The notes below the pieces were generated by a model. That model saw only the letters and a program-made list of their open reading frames with translations. It was not told the DNA's origin and did not search any database. From the NCBI GenBank assembly GCA_965223795.1, contig CBDCXL010000002.1, positions 2,752,001 through 2,816,000 of the forward strand: DNA of 64,000 bases. The letters are read 5' to 3'. Origin of the DNA: Nitrospinales bacterium. Lineage in GTDB: Bacteria; Nitrospinota; Nitrospinia; Nitrospinales; VA-1. The translations under genes were made by a program, and so were the position numbers. Shown here one piece after another: positions 55,415-64,000 of the stretch (within the stretch, counting starts at the first letter, position 1; every line of letters starts with the position of its first letter).

Positions 55415-57330
55415 ATGAGTGTCTTTCGCTACAGTCCCGACGTTTCCGAAGGGGTGCGCAAGAAGATCAAGTTCTTCGCCATCCTGGTCGCCATCTCGTT
55501 TCTCATCCTGTGGATGCGGGTGTGGTACCTGCAGATCCTCAAGGGGCAGTACTTCCGCGAGCTGTCGGAAAACAACCGCATCCGCCACGTCTCCCTGTCG
55601 GCGTTCCGCGGCACCATCAAGGACCGCAACCACGAGACCCTGGTCAGCATCCGGCCTTCGTTCAACCTGTACGTCACGCCGGAGGACGCCAAAAACCTGC
55701 CGCTCACCCTCGATTACATCTCCGACCGCATCGAGTTCGACGAGGACCGGCTGTACGAGCGGATCGAGGAAACCCAGTCCTTCAAGCAGGTGATCATCAA
55801 GTCGGACATCAGCCGCCAGGAAGTCGCGTTCATCGAGGAAAACAAGATGCGGCTGCCGGGGATCAGCATCCGGGTGGAGCCCACCCGCAGTTACGTGTAC
55901 AAGGATCTGGCCGCGCACCTGCTCGGCTACCTGGGAGAGATTTCCAAGTCCAAGCTGGAGCGGATGGACGACCCGCACTACCAGCAGGGCGACCTGATCG
56001 GCCAGGACGGGCTGGAGAACATCTTCGAGACCATGCTGCGCGGCAAGAAAGGCTACAGCGAGGTGGAAGTGGACGTTTCCGGCCGTGTGCTGCGCACGGT
56101 GCGCAAGCTGCCGCCCAAAAGCGGCAACGATCTGATCCTGACACTGGACCTGCGCGTGCAGAAGGCGCTGGAGAAACTGATGACCGGCACCGAGGAGAAG
56201 CCGATGAACGGCTCGGTGATGATGATGCGGGTGCAGACCGGCGAGATCATCGCCGCGGTGAGCAAGCCTTCCTTCGACGCGAACCTGTTCGCGGCGGGCA
56301 TTTCCCAGGAGGACTGGAAAAAGCTGATCCAGGACGAGCTGCACCCGCTGCAGAACCGCACCATCAACGGCCAGTACCCGCCGGGCTCGACGTATAAAAT
56401 CGTCACGGCGCTGGCGGGCCTGGAAGAGGGCGTGGTGACGCCCGACACGCACATCTACTGCCCCGGCCATTTCAAGCTCGGGCGCGGGCGCTACCGCTGC
56501 TGGAAGCGGGGCGGGCACGGCAGCGTGAACCTGCACGACGCGCTGGTGAAATCCTGCGACGTGTATTTTACACTGTCGGCAACCGGCTGGGGATCGACAC
56601 GCTCTTCAAGTACGCGCAGAAGATGGGGCTGGGGGATTTTTCCGGCATCCAGCTGATCGGGGAGAAACGCGGGCTCATCCCCAGCTCGCAGTGGAAGCTG
56701 AAAGCCAGAAAGCAGGCCTGGCTTTTGGGGGAAACCATCTCCGCGTCGATCGGCCAGGGCTACAACCTGGTGACGCCGATCCAGCAGCTCAACATGGTGG
56801 CCACCGTGGCCAACGGCGGCGCGCTTTTGAGGCCCTATCTGGTCAAGGAAATCCAGGACCCCAACGGGCGGGTGCTGAAAAAGTTTTTCCCGCAGGTGCT
56901 CAAGACCGTCGATGTGAACGAGCAGCACCTCAACCTGGTGAAGGAAGCGCTGCGGGGCGTGGTCAACGAACAGGGCGGCACCGGCGGCCGGGCGCGGATC
57001 AAGGACATCCAGGTGTCCGGGAAAACCGGCACCGCGCAGGTGGTGCACATGAAAGTGACCGAGGAGATCGAAGACGAGGACCAGATTCCCTACCAGTTCC
57101 GCGACCACGCCTGGTTCGTGGCCTTCGCGCCGTATGAGAAACCCGACATCGCCGTGGTGGTGCTGGTCGAACACGGCGGCCACGGCGGCGCGGCGGCGGC
57201 GCCCGTCGCCAAGAAGATCATGCAGACCTATTTCGAGTTCTACCCGCCGCCCGCCGATACGGTGGAGAAAGCCAGCCTGCCGGAGAAGACCCAGCCCCAG
57301 AGGACTACCGAACACGCTCCCGTGGAGTGA
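55415..57330 (+). CDS. mrdA: Penicillin-binding protein 2, frameshifted at T-run ~56566-56569
   Basis: YPPGSTYK (SxxK) and SCD in the first frame; KTGTAQ and DHAWF in the second. One extra T restores VYFYTVGNRLGID. Confidence 0.93.
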
Positions 57331-57790
57331 TTTAAAGCGTTTTCAACTTCAACTGCCTTTCTTAAATCCACAGCTTCAGGTCAGGACTCGCCCCTTTTCT
57401 TTTCGCCAGTGAAACGCTTCGCAGTTTCATCACTCGCGTGGAGACTTTGCTTTACCCAACATCCCATCGATCTAAGTGATTCATAGCCTTTGGAACCCTC
57501 GATTAACTCTCCTCGGGTTGGATTCACGCTAACAGCAGCTTCCAAGGAAAACCAGCCCTAGCAGAATATTGTGATTTCCCATAAACCTGCATGTCAACCT
57601 TTGCATGGATATATGTATTTTTTTTGTCTATTTAATTGATTTTATTGATGTGTTATTAAGTGATTGATTTTAATGCCATTTTATTTTGTTTTATGAATTG
57701 GAAAGAAATTTTTACTAGTATTTCTATCTCTAAGTTGTTTAAATTTAATATTTTGTGTTTTAATTTCTTTTATTTCTATTTATTGTAAAA

Positions 57791-58514
57791 TAATATTTTT
57801 TGAGTTGGTTCTGGGTGGGTAAGGCATGCAGGATAGGAGGCCCTTATGACAATTAAAGATAGTTCGCAATACAAACAGCTAAAGGATGCTTTGGAGGCTT
57901 TGAGTGAATTGAGTATTCCCGTAAACCTTCAGAAGGCCGCGTTGGAACACCTTCTCTGGCAAAACCCAGGAGGTGTAAGTGTTCCTTCAATCCCTCCAAT
58001 GACTGGGGCTAGTGCAGGTCTTTTGCTTGCTGTTCCGACTTCAAGCTTGAGAGACTTTATTGCTGAAATGAAGCCGAAAGGGGCAGTTTCTAGCTTCCAA
58101 TTTTAAAAATATTGGTTTTGTTTGCAAGAAAATGTATGATCTCTATTTATTAAGTGAATTTTTTAATTGAATATTTGGTGTAAAATATTTTTCTTGCTTT
58201 CTATTTAATTTGTATATAATATTTTTTGAGTTGGTTCTGGGTGGGTAAGGCAAACAGGATAGGAGGCCCTTATGACAATTAAAGATAGTTCGCAATACAA
58301 ACAGCTAAAGGATGCTTTGGAGGCTCTGAGTGAATTGAGTGTTCCCGAAAACCTTCAGAAGACCGCGTTGGAACACCTTCTCCGGCAGAACCCAGGAGGT
58401 GTAAGTGTTCCTTCAAACCCTCCAATGACAGGGGGTAGTGCAGGTCTTTTGCCTGCTGTTCCGACTTCAAGCTTGAGAGACTTTATTGCTGAAATGAAGC
58501 CGAAAGGGGCAGTT
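57791..58514 (+). repeat. Direct repeat of about 300 bp, period 426 bp (57791-58088 vs 58217-58514)
   Basis: Upstream region, RBS and first 81 codons are duplicated; 10 mismatches in the 243 coding nt by manual alignment. Confidence 0.93.
57846..58106 (+). pseudogene. Truncated duplicate of the 58272-58763 gene
   Basis: Matches the first 81 codons, then diverges and stops after 86 aa. Confidence 0.8.
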
Positions 58515-58763
58515 GCTGAAATCCCATGTTTGCTATATTGGAGTAAAACTCAAGAAAATGTGGAATCGCTAGATGAGAGAGGAGTTGTTGATCTATATCG
58601 TCGTGCAGGATTGAAACCGCCGAAAAATGTTGCGCAATCATTTAGAGATCTCTGCTCAAAAAGGTATGGCCGTCTTGAATCCGTGGAAGGAAAAAACGGT
58701 CATGTAAGACTATCTAGAGTTGGAGAGGATTTCGTTTTACACGACGTAAGAGGATCTGCATAA
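58272..58763 (+). CDS. Hypothetical protein: N-terminal helical hairpin, linker, predicted winged helix
   Basis: AGGAGG RBS. LRDFI..KPK..LY..AG.KPPKN.AQ..RDL..G...LS..GE is winged-helix-like. Confidence 0.7.
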   Translation: MTIKDSSQYKQLKDALEALSELSVPENLQKTALEHLLRQNPGGVSVPSNPPMTGGSAGLLPAVPTSSLRDFIAEMKPKGAVAEIPCLLYWSKTQENVESLDERGVVDLYRRAGLKPPKNVAQSFRDLCSKRYGRLESVEGKNGHVRLSRVGEDFVLHDVRGSA

Positions 58764-58779
58764 AAAAAGGAAAAAAATA

Positions 58780-59334
58780 ATGACCGAAGATCAAAAAGCA
58801 AATATCTTGGTAAAAATTGTAGATTTACTTTCCCCTTTAAATTCAGAGGAAAGGCAGAGGGTTGTTAAAGCGGCGTTAACCCTATTGGGTGATGAGTCGG
58901 TGAAACTAGCAGAAGAAAAATATAAGGAAAATAATTATCAAGGAAATTTTGATTTTTCTCCCCGCGCAAACAGCTGGATAAAACAAAATGGAATAACTAT
59001 TGAAGAGTTAGAGCAAGTATTTCACTTTGATCAAGGCGGAGTGGAATTCATTGCATCAGAAATATCTGGTAAAAACGGTAAGGAAAAAACACAAAACGCA
59101 TATATTATATGCGGTGTTCAAAAACTTTTATCTGAAGGTGGCCTTACTTTTGAGGATAAAGAAGCAAGAGGGTTATGTGAAAATCTTGGCTGCTATAATC
59201 AACCGAATCACTCAGTTTATTTAAAATCTATTGGAAATGCGATTACTGGATCAAAAAGTAAAGGCTGGACATTGACAGTCCCGGGACAAAAGAGAGCTGC
59301 TTTGCTCATTAAAGAAATGGGTGGAAATAAATGA
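58780..59334 (+). CDS. Hypothetical protein: N-terminal helical hairpin, predicted winged helix
   Basis: L.PL..EER.RV..A..LLG start; C-terminal N....L......G....W.LT.PG...A wing pattern. Confidence 0.7.
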   Translation: MTEDQKANILVKIVDLLSPLNSEERQRVVKAALTLLGDESVKLAEEKYKENNYQGNFDFSPRANSWIKQNGITIEELEQVFHFDQGGVEFIASEISGKNGKEKTQNAYIICGVQKLLSEGGLTFEDKEARGLCENLGCYNQPNHSVYLKSIGNAITGSKSKGWTLTVPGQKRAALLIKEMGGNK

Positions 59335-60123
59335 CAAGCTCTCAGCAAATCCTTAGTGGGATTCCTCAAGGTTTGCGCAAACCTTTATTGCAAACCTATC
59401 AGGAAATTGCATCGAACTTTATCGAACATAGATGGGAGCCTTCAGAGTTAAATGGTGGTAAATTTTGCGAAGTTGTATACACAATACTCGACGGTAGTTT
59501 AAAGTTTAAAAGGAGCGTTCCCCAGTAAACCTACAAAACCAAGAAATATGGTAACAGCTTGCAGAAGTCTTGAGAATTATCCGGCTAACACTTCACGGGT
59601 GGGAGATACAAGTATTCGAATACTTATTCCAAAAATGCTTTTACCACTATATGAAATTAGAAATAATCGTGGTGTCGGACATGTTGGGGGAGATATAAAC
59701 CCTAATTTCCTTGATGCAACAGCTGTATATAGTATGGCTAGCTGGGTATTGGCTGAATTAATTCGCATATTTCATGATATTACGACGGCTGATGCTCAAG
59801 AAATCGTTGATACGATAATTGAACGTAAATTACCACTGGTATGGGAAGTAGGAGATGTCCGCCGAGTCCTTGATACATCTATGAATGCAAAAGATCAAAC
59901 ATTGGTCTTGCTATTTGGAAAGATTTCTTGGGTGGATGAAAAAGAATTGTGTTCTTCGGTGGAGTACAGCAACCTAGCTATGTTTAAAAGACGAGTATTA
60001 AATCCATTGCACGAAGACAGAAAAATTGAGTATGACGAGGTAAATAATCGTGCTCAGATTTCTCCCTTGGGCAGCAAGGATGTTGAAGAAAGAATATTGA
60101 AAAATAAAATAGCTCAGCTTTAG
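59331..60123 (+). pseudogene. HEPN-like RNase with C-terminal winged-helix-like domain, disrupted by a 7-bp duplication
   Basis: GKFCE helix and RNNRGVGH (Rx6H) motif. AGTTTAA is duplicated at 59496-59509; removing one copy gives a 261-aa ORF. Confidence 0.75.
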
Positions 60124-60129
60124 TTATAT

Positions 60130-62121
60130 TCACTGGGTGAGCATCAGGTCTTTCTCTCTTAGGTGCTTGATGCGGTCGCGCAGCTGCGCGGCTTTTTCGA
60201 ATTCCAGGTCCTTGGCGGCGGCGTACATCTGTTTTTCCAGCTTCGCGATCCTTTCCTGTAAATTGCCACCCGCGTTGTATTCCTCTTCCTCCTCGGCAAC
60301 GACGGGCAGGGCGTCTTCCTGCTGACCCGGTCCGAGTGTGTCCTCGATGGCCTTGACGATGCCCGCGGGCTCGATGTTGTGCTCGCGGTTGTATTCCTGC
60401 TGGATCTGCCGCCGGCGCTCCATTTCCGCGATCGCCTGCTGCATCGACTGCGTCACGGTGTCGGCGTACAGGATGACTCTGCCGGACAGATTGCGGGCGG
60501 CGCGGCCGCAGGTCTGGATGAGCGAGGTGGTGGAGCGCAGAAAGCCTTCCTTGTCGGCGTCGAGGATGGCGACGAGCGACACTTCGGGGATGTCCAGCCC
60601 CTCGCGCAACAGGTTGATGCCGACGAGCACGTCGAACTCGCCCAGGCGCAGCTCGCGGATGATCTGGCTGCGTTCCAGCGTGACGATGTCGGAATGCAGG
60701 TACTTCACCTTCAGGCCCATTTCGGCATAATGCTCGGTCAGGTCCTCGGCGAACCGCTTGGTGAGCGTGGTCACCAGCGTGCGTTCGTTGCGCTCGGCGC
60801 GCTGGCGGATCTCGTTGTATAAATCGTCCACCTGTCCGGCGACCGGCCTGATGTCGATGTCCGGGTCGACGAGCCCGGTCGGGCGCACGATCAATTCCAC
60901 GACGTGGCCGCCGGACGCCTCGATCTCGTATTGCGCCGGGGTCGCCGAAACGTACACCACGTTTTTGACGAACTGCTCGAACTCGGGGAATTTGAGCGGC
61001 CGGTTGTCGAACGCCGAGGGCAGCCGGAAGCCGTAGCGCACCAGGGTTTCCTTGCGCGAGCGGTCGCCCTTGTACATGCCGCCGAGCTGCGGGATGGTGG
61101 CGTGGCTCTCGTCGATGATGAACAGCGCATCTTCCGGGAAATAGTCCAAAAGCGTCGGCGGCGGCTCGCCCGGCGGCCGCCCGAGCAGGTGGCGGGAATA
61201 GTTTTCCACGCCCTGGCAGTAGCCGATTTCCTTGATCATCTCCAGGTCGAACAGCGTGCGCTGCTCCAGCCTTTGCGCCTCCACCAGCTGGTTGTTGCTC
61301 TCGAACCAGGCGACGCGCTCCAGCAGCTCCTCGCGGATGTTGCGCATGGCGCGTTTTAAAGGTTCCTCGGGAGTGACGTAGTGGCTCGCGGGGTAGATGG
61401 CGATGCGGTCCAGCTCGCGGATGTGCTTGCGGGTCAGGGGGTCCACGGCGAGGATGCGCTCGATCTGGTCGCCGAAAAACTCGATGCGCACCGCCTCGTT
61501 GCGCTCGTAGACCGGCAGCACTTCCACCACGTCGCCGCGCACGCGGAAGGTGCCACGCTGAAAGTCGATGTCGTTGCGCTTGTACTGGATCTCGACCAGC
61601 TTTTCCAGCACCCGGTCGCGGTCGAAGGTCATGCCCTTTTCGATGAACAGCAGCATGCCGTGGTAGGCCTCCGGCGAGCCGAGGCCGTAGATGCAGGAGA
61701 CGCTGGCCACGATGACCACGTCGCGGCGCTCGAACAGGGAGTGGGTGGCGGCGTGGCGCATCTTGTCGATCTCGTCGTTGATCGAGGCGTCCTTCTCGAT
61801 ATAGGTGTCGGTGTTGGGCAGGTAGGCCTCGGGCTGGTAGTAATCGTAATAGCTGACGAAATAACCCACCGCGTTGTCGGGGAAAAAGGTCCTGAATTCA
61901 TTGTAAAGCTGGGCGGCCAGGGTCTTGTTGTGGGCGAGCACCAGCGTCGGTTTCTGCAGCTTCTGGATCACGTTCGCCATGGTGAAGGTTTTTCCGGAGC
62001 CGGTGACGCCGAGCAGGGTCTGCCGGGTGATTCCGGCCTGGAAATTGTCCACCAGCTGCTGGATCGCCTTGGGCTGGTCCCCGGAGGGAGTGAAATCGGC
62101 TTTCAGTTGAAACGGGGTCAT
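60130..62121 (-). CDS. uvrB: Excinuclease ABC subunit B
   Basis: [28 protein letters not shown] and a C-terminal UVR domain. Confidence 0.98.
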   Translation of the reverse strand: MTPFQLKADFTPSGDQPKAIQQLVDNFQAGITRQTLLGVTGSGKTFTMANVIQKLQKPTLVLAHNKTLAAQLYNEFRTFFPDNAVGYFVSYYDYYQPEAYLPNTDTYIEKDASINDEIDKMRHAATHSLFERRDVVIVASVSCIYGLGSPEAYHGMLLFIEKGMTFDRDRVLEKLVEIQYKRNDIDFQRGTFRVRGDVVEVLPVYERNEAVRIEFFGDQIERILAVDPLTRKHIRELDRIAIYPASHYVTPEEPLKRAMRNIREELLERVAWFESNNQLVEAQRLEQRTLFDLEMIKEIGYCQGVENYSRHLLGRPPGEPPPTLLDYFPEDALFIIDESHATIPQLGGMYKGDRSRKETLVRYGFRLPSAFDNRPLKFPEFEQFVKNVVYVSATPAQYEIEASGGHVVELIVRPTGLVDPDIDIRPVAGQVDDLYNEIRQRAERNERTLVTTLTKRFAEDLTEHYAEMGLKVKYLHSDIVTLERSQIIRELRLGEFDVLVGINLLREGLDIPEVSLVAILDADKEGFLRSTTSLIQTCGRAARNLSGRVILYADTVTQSMQQAIAEMERRRQIQQEYNREHNIEPAGIVKAIEDTLGPGQQEDALPVVAEEEEEYNAGGNLQERIAKLEKQMYAAAKDLEFEKAAQLRDRIKHLREKDLMLTQ

Positions 62122-62341
62122 GGGAACGCCTGTTTAGAATCAAACAGAATTTAAAATAGCACAGATTTTATGTTAAATTAAATAGCTCGGTGAATCAGCA
62201 ATCCGGCTGTTTCCCGCCTTCCTTTTCCCTATCAGCCGACCGTTTCGTCCCTCATCCGAACGGACGGGAAGTGCCGTTTTGGGCCTGCGGGTTCCGGAAC
62301 GGGTTTTCGGCCGGGGGACTCCAGGAACGGGCATCCCTGGG

Positions 62342-63559
62342 ATGCCGGAATCACGACAGGAACGCGCTTCTGTGGAAACCGAACAGGAAATCATCAAAAC
62401 CATTCAACGTGGAAAGACCACCATCACCCTGATCGGGACGGCGCACGTGTCCCGGCACAGCGTGCAGATGGTGGAAGAGCAGATCAACAGCGGCCAGTAC
62501 GACTGCGTTGCGGTGGAGCTGTGCGACCCGAGGCTGGAGAATCTGTCCAACCGCTCGTGGTGGAAAAACCTGGATATCTACCAGGTGTTCCGCCAGCGCA
62601 AGGCCACGCTGCTGCTCATCAATCTGGCCCTGTCCGCGTACCAGCGGCGGCTGGCGGAGAAGATCGGCGTCGAGGCGGGCAAGGAGATGATCCGCGCCAT
62701 CGAGCTGGCGAGCGAGAAAAACATCCGGCTGGAGGTGATCGACCGCGACATCACCACGACGCTGCAGCGCATGGTCACGCGCGTGTCGTTCTGGCAGAAG
62801 CTGCGTGTGTTTTCGGGACTGGTGGCGGGCATCTTCGTCGGCGAGGAGGTCACCGAGGAGCAGATCGAGAACCTGAAAAAAGGCGACATGCTGCACAACG
62901 TGGTCGAGGAATTCGGCGAATCGCTGCCGCAGTTCAAGCAGGTGCTGATCGACGAGCGGGACCAGTACATGACGGGCAAGCTGGTGCGCCTGGCGGAATC
63001 GGACAACCCGCCGCAGAACGTGCTGGCCCTGGTGGGCGCCGGGCATCTGATCGGCATGGAGCCCGCGTTTTCCAACCCGCCCGACGACGCCCGCATGCAG
63101 GAGCTCGATGAAAAGCCGGCGCCGGGGCGGTTTGCGTTTTATTTCGGCTGGGCCGTCTGCCTGTTCATTCTCAGTATGTTTTATGTCGGCTTCAGCCGCT
63201 CTCCGGAGCTGGGCACGCAGCTGGTGGTCACCTGGGTGCTGGTCAACGGCGGCTTGAGCGCTTTGGGCACGGCGATCGCGCTGGGGCACCCGATATCGAT
63301 TCTGACGGCGTTCGTGGCCGCGCCCCTGACGTCGCTGGTGCCGACGATCGGCGCGGGCATGGTGGTGGGCCTGATGGAGTCGTACCTCAGAAAACCCAAG
63401 GTCGCCGATTTCGAGGCGCTGCGCGAGGACATCGGCACGCTCAAGATGTGGTGGCACAACCGGGTGCTGCGCGTGCTGATCGTGTTTTTCTTTTCCAGTC
63501 TGGGGTCGATGTTCGGCACCTACATCGCGGGCGCGTCGATGATGACCCAGATTTTTTAG
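62342..63559 (+). CDS. TraB/PrgY (pheromone shutdown) family protein
   Basis: IGTAHVS, VAVELC, G.EM, DRDI, LIDERDQYM and VGAGH motifs, then C-terminal TM helices. Confidence 0.9.
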   Translation: MPESRQERASVETEQEIIKTIQRGKTTITLIGTAHVSRHSVQMVEEQINSGQYDCVAVELCDPRLENLSNRSWWKNLDIYQVFRQRKATLLLINLALSAYQRRLAEKIGVEAGKEMIRAIELASEKNIRLEVIDRDITTTLQRMVTRVSFWQKLRVFSGLVAGIFVGEEVTEEQIENLKKGDMLHNVVEEFGESLPQFKQVLIDERDQYMTGKLVRLAESDNPPQNVLALVGAGHLIGMEPAFSNPPDDARMQELDEKPAPGRFAFYFGWAVCLFILSMFYVGFSRSPELGTQLVVTWVLVNGGLSALGTAIALGHPISILTAFVAAPLTSLVPTIGAGMVVGLMESYLRKPKVADFEALREDIGTLKMWWHNRVLRVLIVFFFSSLGSMFGTYIAGASMMTQIF

Positions 63560-63568
63560 GGCATCCCA

Positions 63569-64000
63569 ATGGGGCAACCGCACATCGCCGTGACGCCGCC
63601 GGCGTTCTGCCGGTCGCAGGTCCTCAGGCAGGAGCTGACCGCGTGTTTTCCCGGCGCGCGTTTCAACGAGCGGGACCGTTACCTGACCGGCGGCGAACTG
63701 GTGGATTTTCTGCGCGGCGCGCGGGGCGCCATCGTCGGCCGCGACCCGGTCGATGAGGACGTGTTGAGCGGACTTTCCGAACTTGAGATCATCGCCAAAT
63801 ACGGAGTGGGCCTCGACAACCTGGATGAGGCGGCCTTGCAGCGGCACGGTGTCCGGCTCGGCTGGACGCAGGGCGTCAACCGGTTGTCGGTGGCGGAGCT
63901 GACGCTGGGGTTCATGGTGGGGCTGTGCCACAACGTGTTCGTCACGGGTCCGGCTCTGAAACGCAACGTCTGGGAAAAAGACGGCGGCCGGCAGTTGTCC
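63569..64000 (+). CDS. D-3-phosphoglycerate dehydrogenase-like 2-hydroxyacid dehydrogenase (runs off the window end)
   Basis: Manual translation: IAKYGVGLDNLD..GVN..SVAEL..W....G.QL. Confidence 0.85.
   Translation, partial: MGQPHIAVTPPAFCRSQVLRQELTACFPGARFNERDRYLTGGELVDFLRGARGAIVGRDPVDEDVLSGLSELEIIAKYGVGLDNLDEAALQRHGVRLGWTQGVNRLSVAELTLGFMVGLCHNVFVTGPALKRNVWEKDGGRQLS

Noticed and set aside
57600..58520. CRISPR array or leader
   Set aside because: The repeat is a two-copy gene duplication; there is no repeat-spacer periodicity and no cas genes.

Overview
Bacterial chromosome segment, mostly GC-rich and dominated by housekeeping genes. These include a complex I operon nuoA-M with no nuoN, sfsA, tgt, argD-argF, comF, nhaD, ispA-dxs-hisB-hisH, smpB, mtaB, a fis-glmU-type-glmS cluster, thiDN, a PpiD-like foldase, mreBCD-mrdA, uvrB and a TraB-family gene. 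Gene content and style suggest a Nitrospina-like organism (inference only). Two sharply AT-rich islets interrupt the backbone. The first is a Kiwa-like (kwaAB) anti-phage pair directly downstream of smpB. The second, between mrdA and uvrB, is a three-gene operon of two predicted winged-helix proteins and a HEPN-like RNase. Its RNase gene is broken by an exact 7-bp duplication and its first gene has a diverged partial tandem copy; this is the best candidate for an undescribed defence or toxin system. Other notable signals: an identical 23-bp motif that supplies the stop codon of two unrelated genes and is linked to a GxxExxY nuclease remnant; a complementary split GlmU pair; and a phage-tail-like orphan gene behind a terminator/antiterminator-like leader. 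Several single-base homopolymer frameshifts (mrdA, kwaA, a lipoprotein) may be sequencing errors. No rRNA, tRNA or CRISPR array was seen. All calls are from motif recognition by eye, without database searches.
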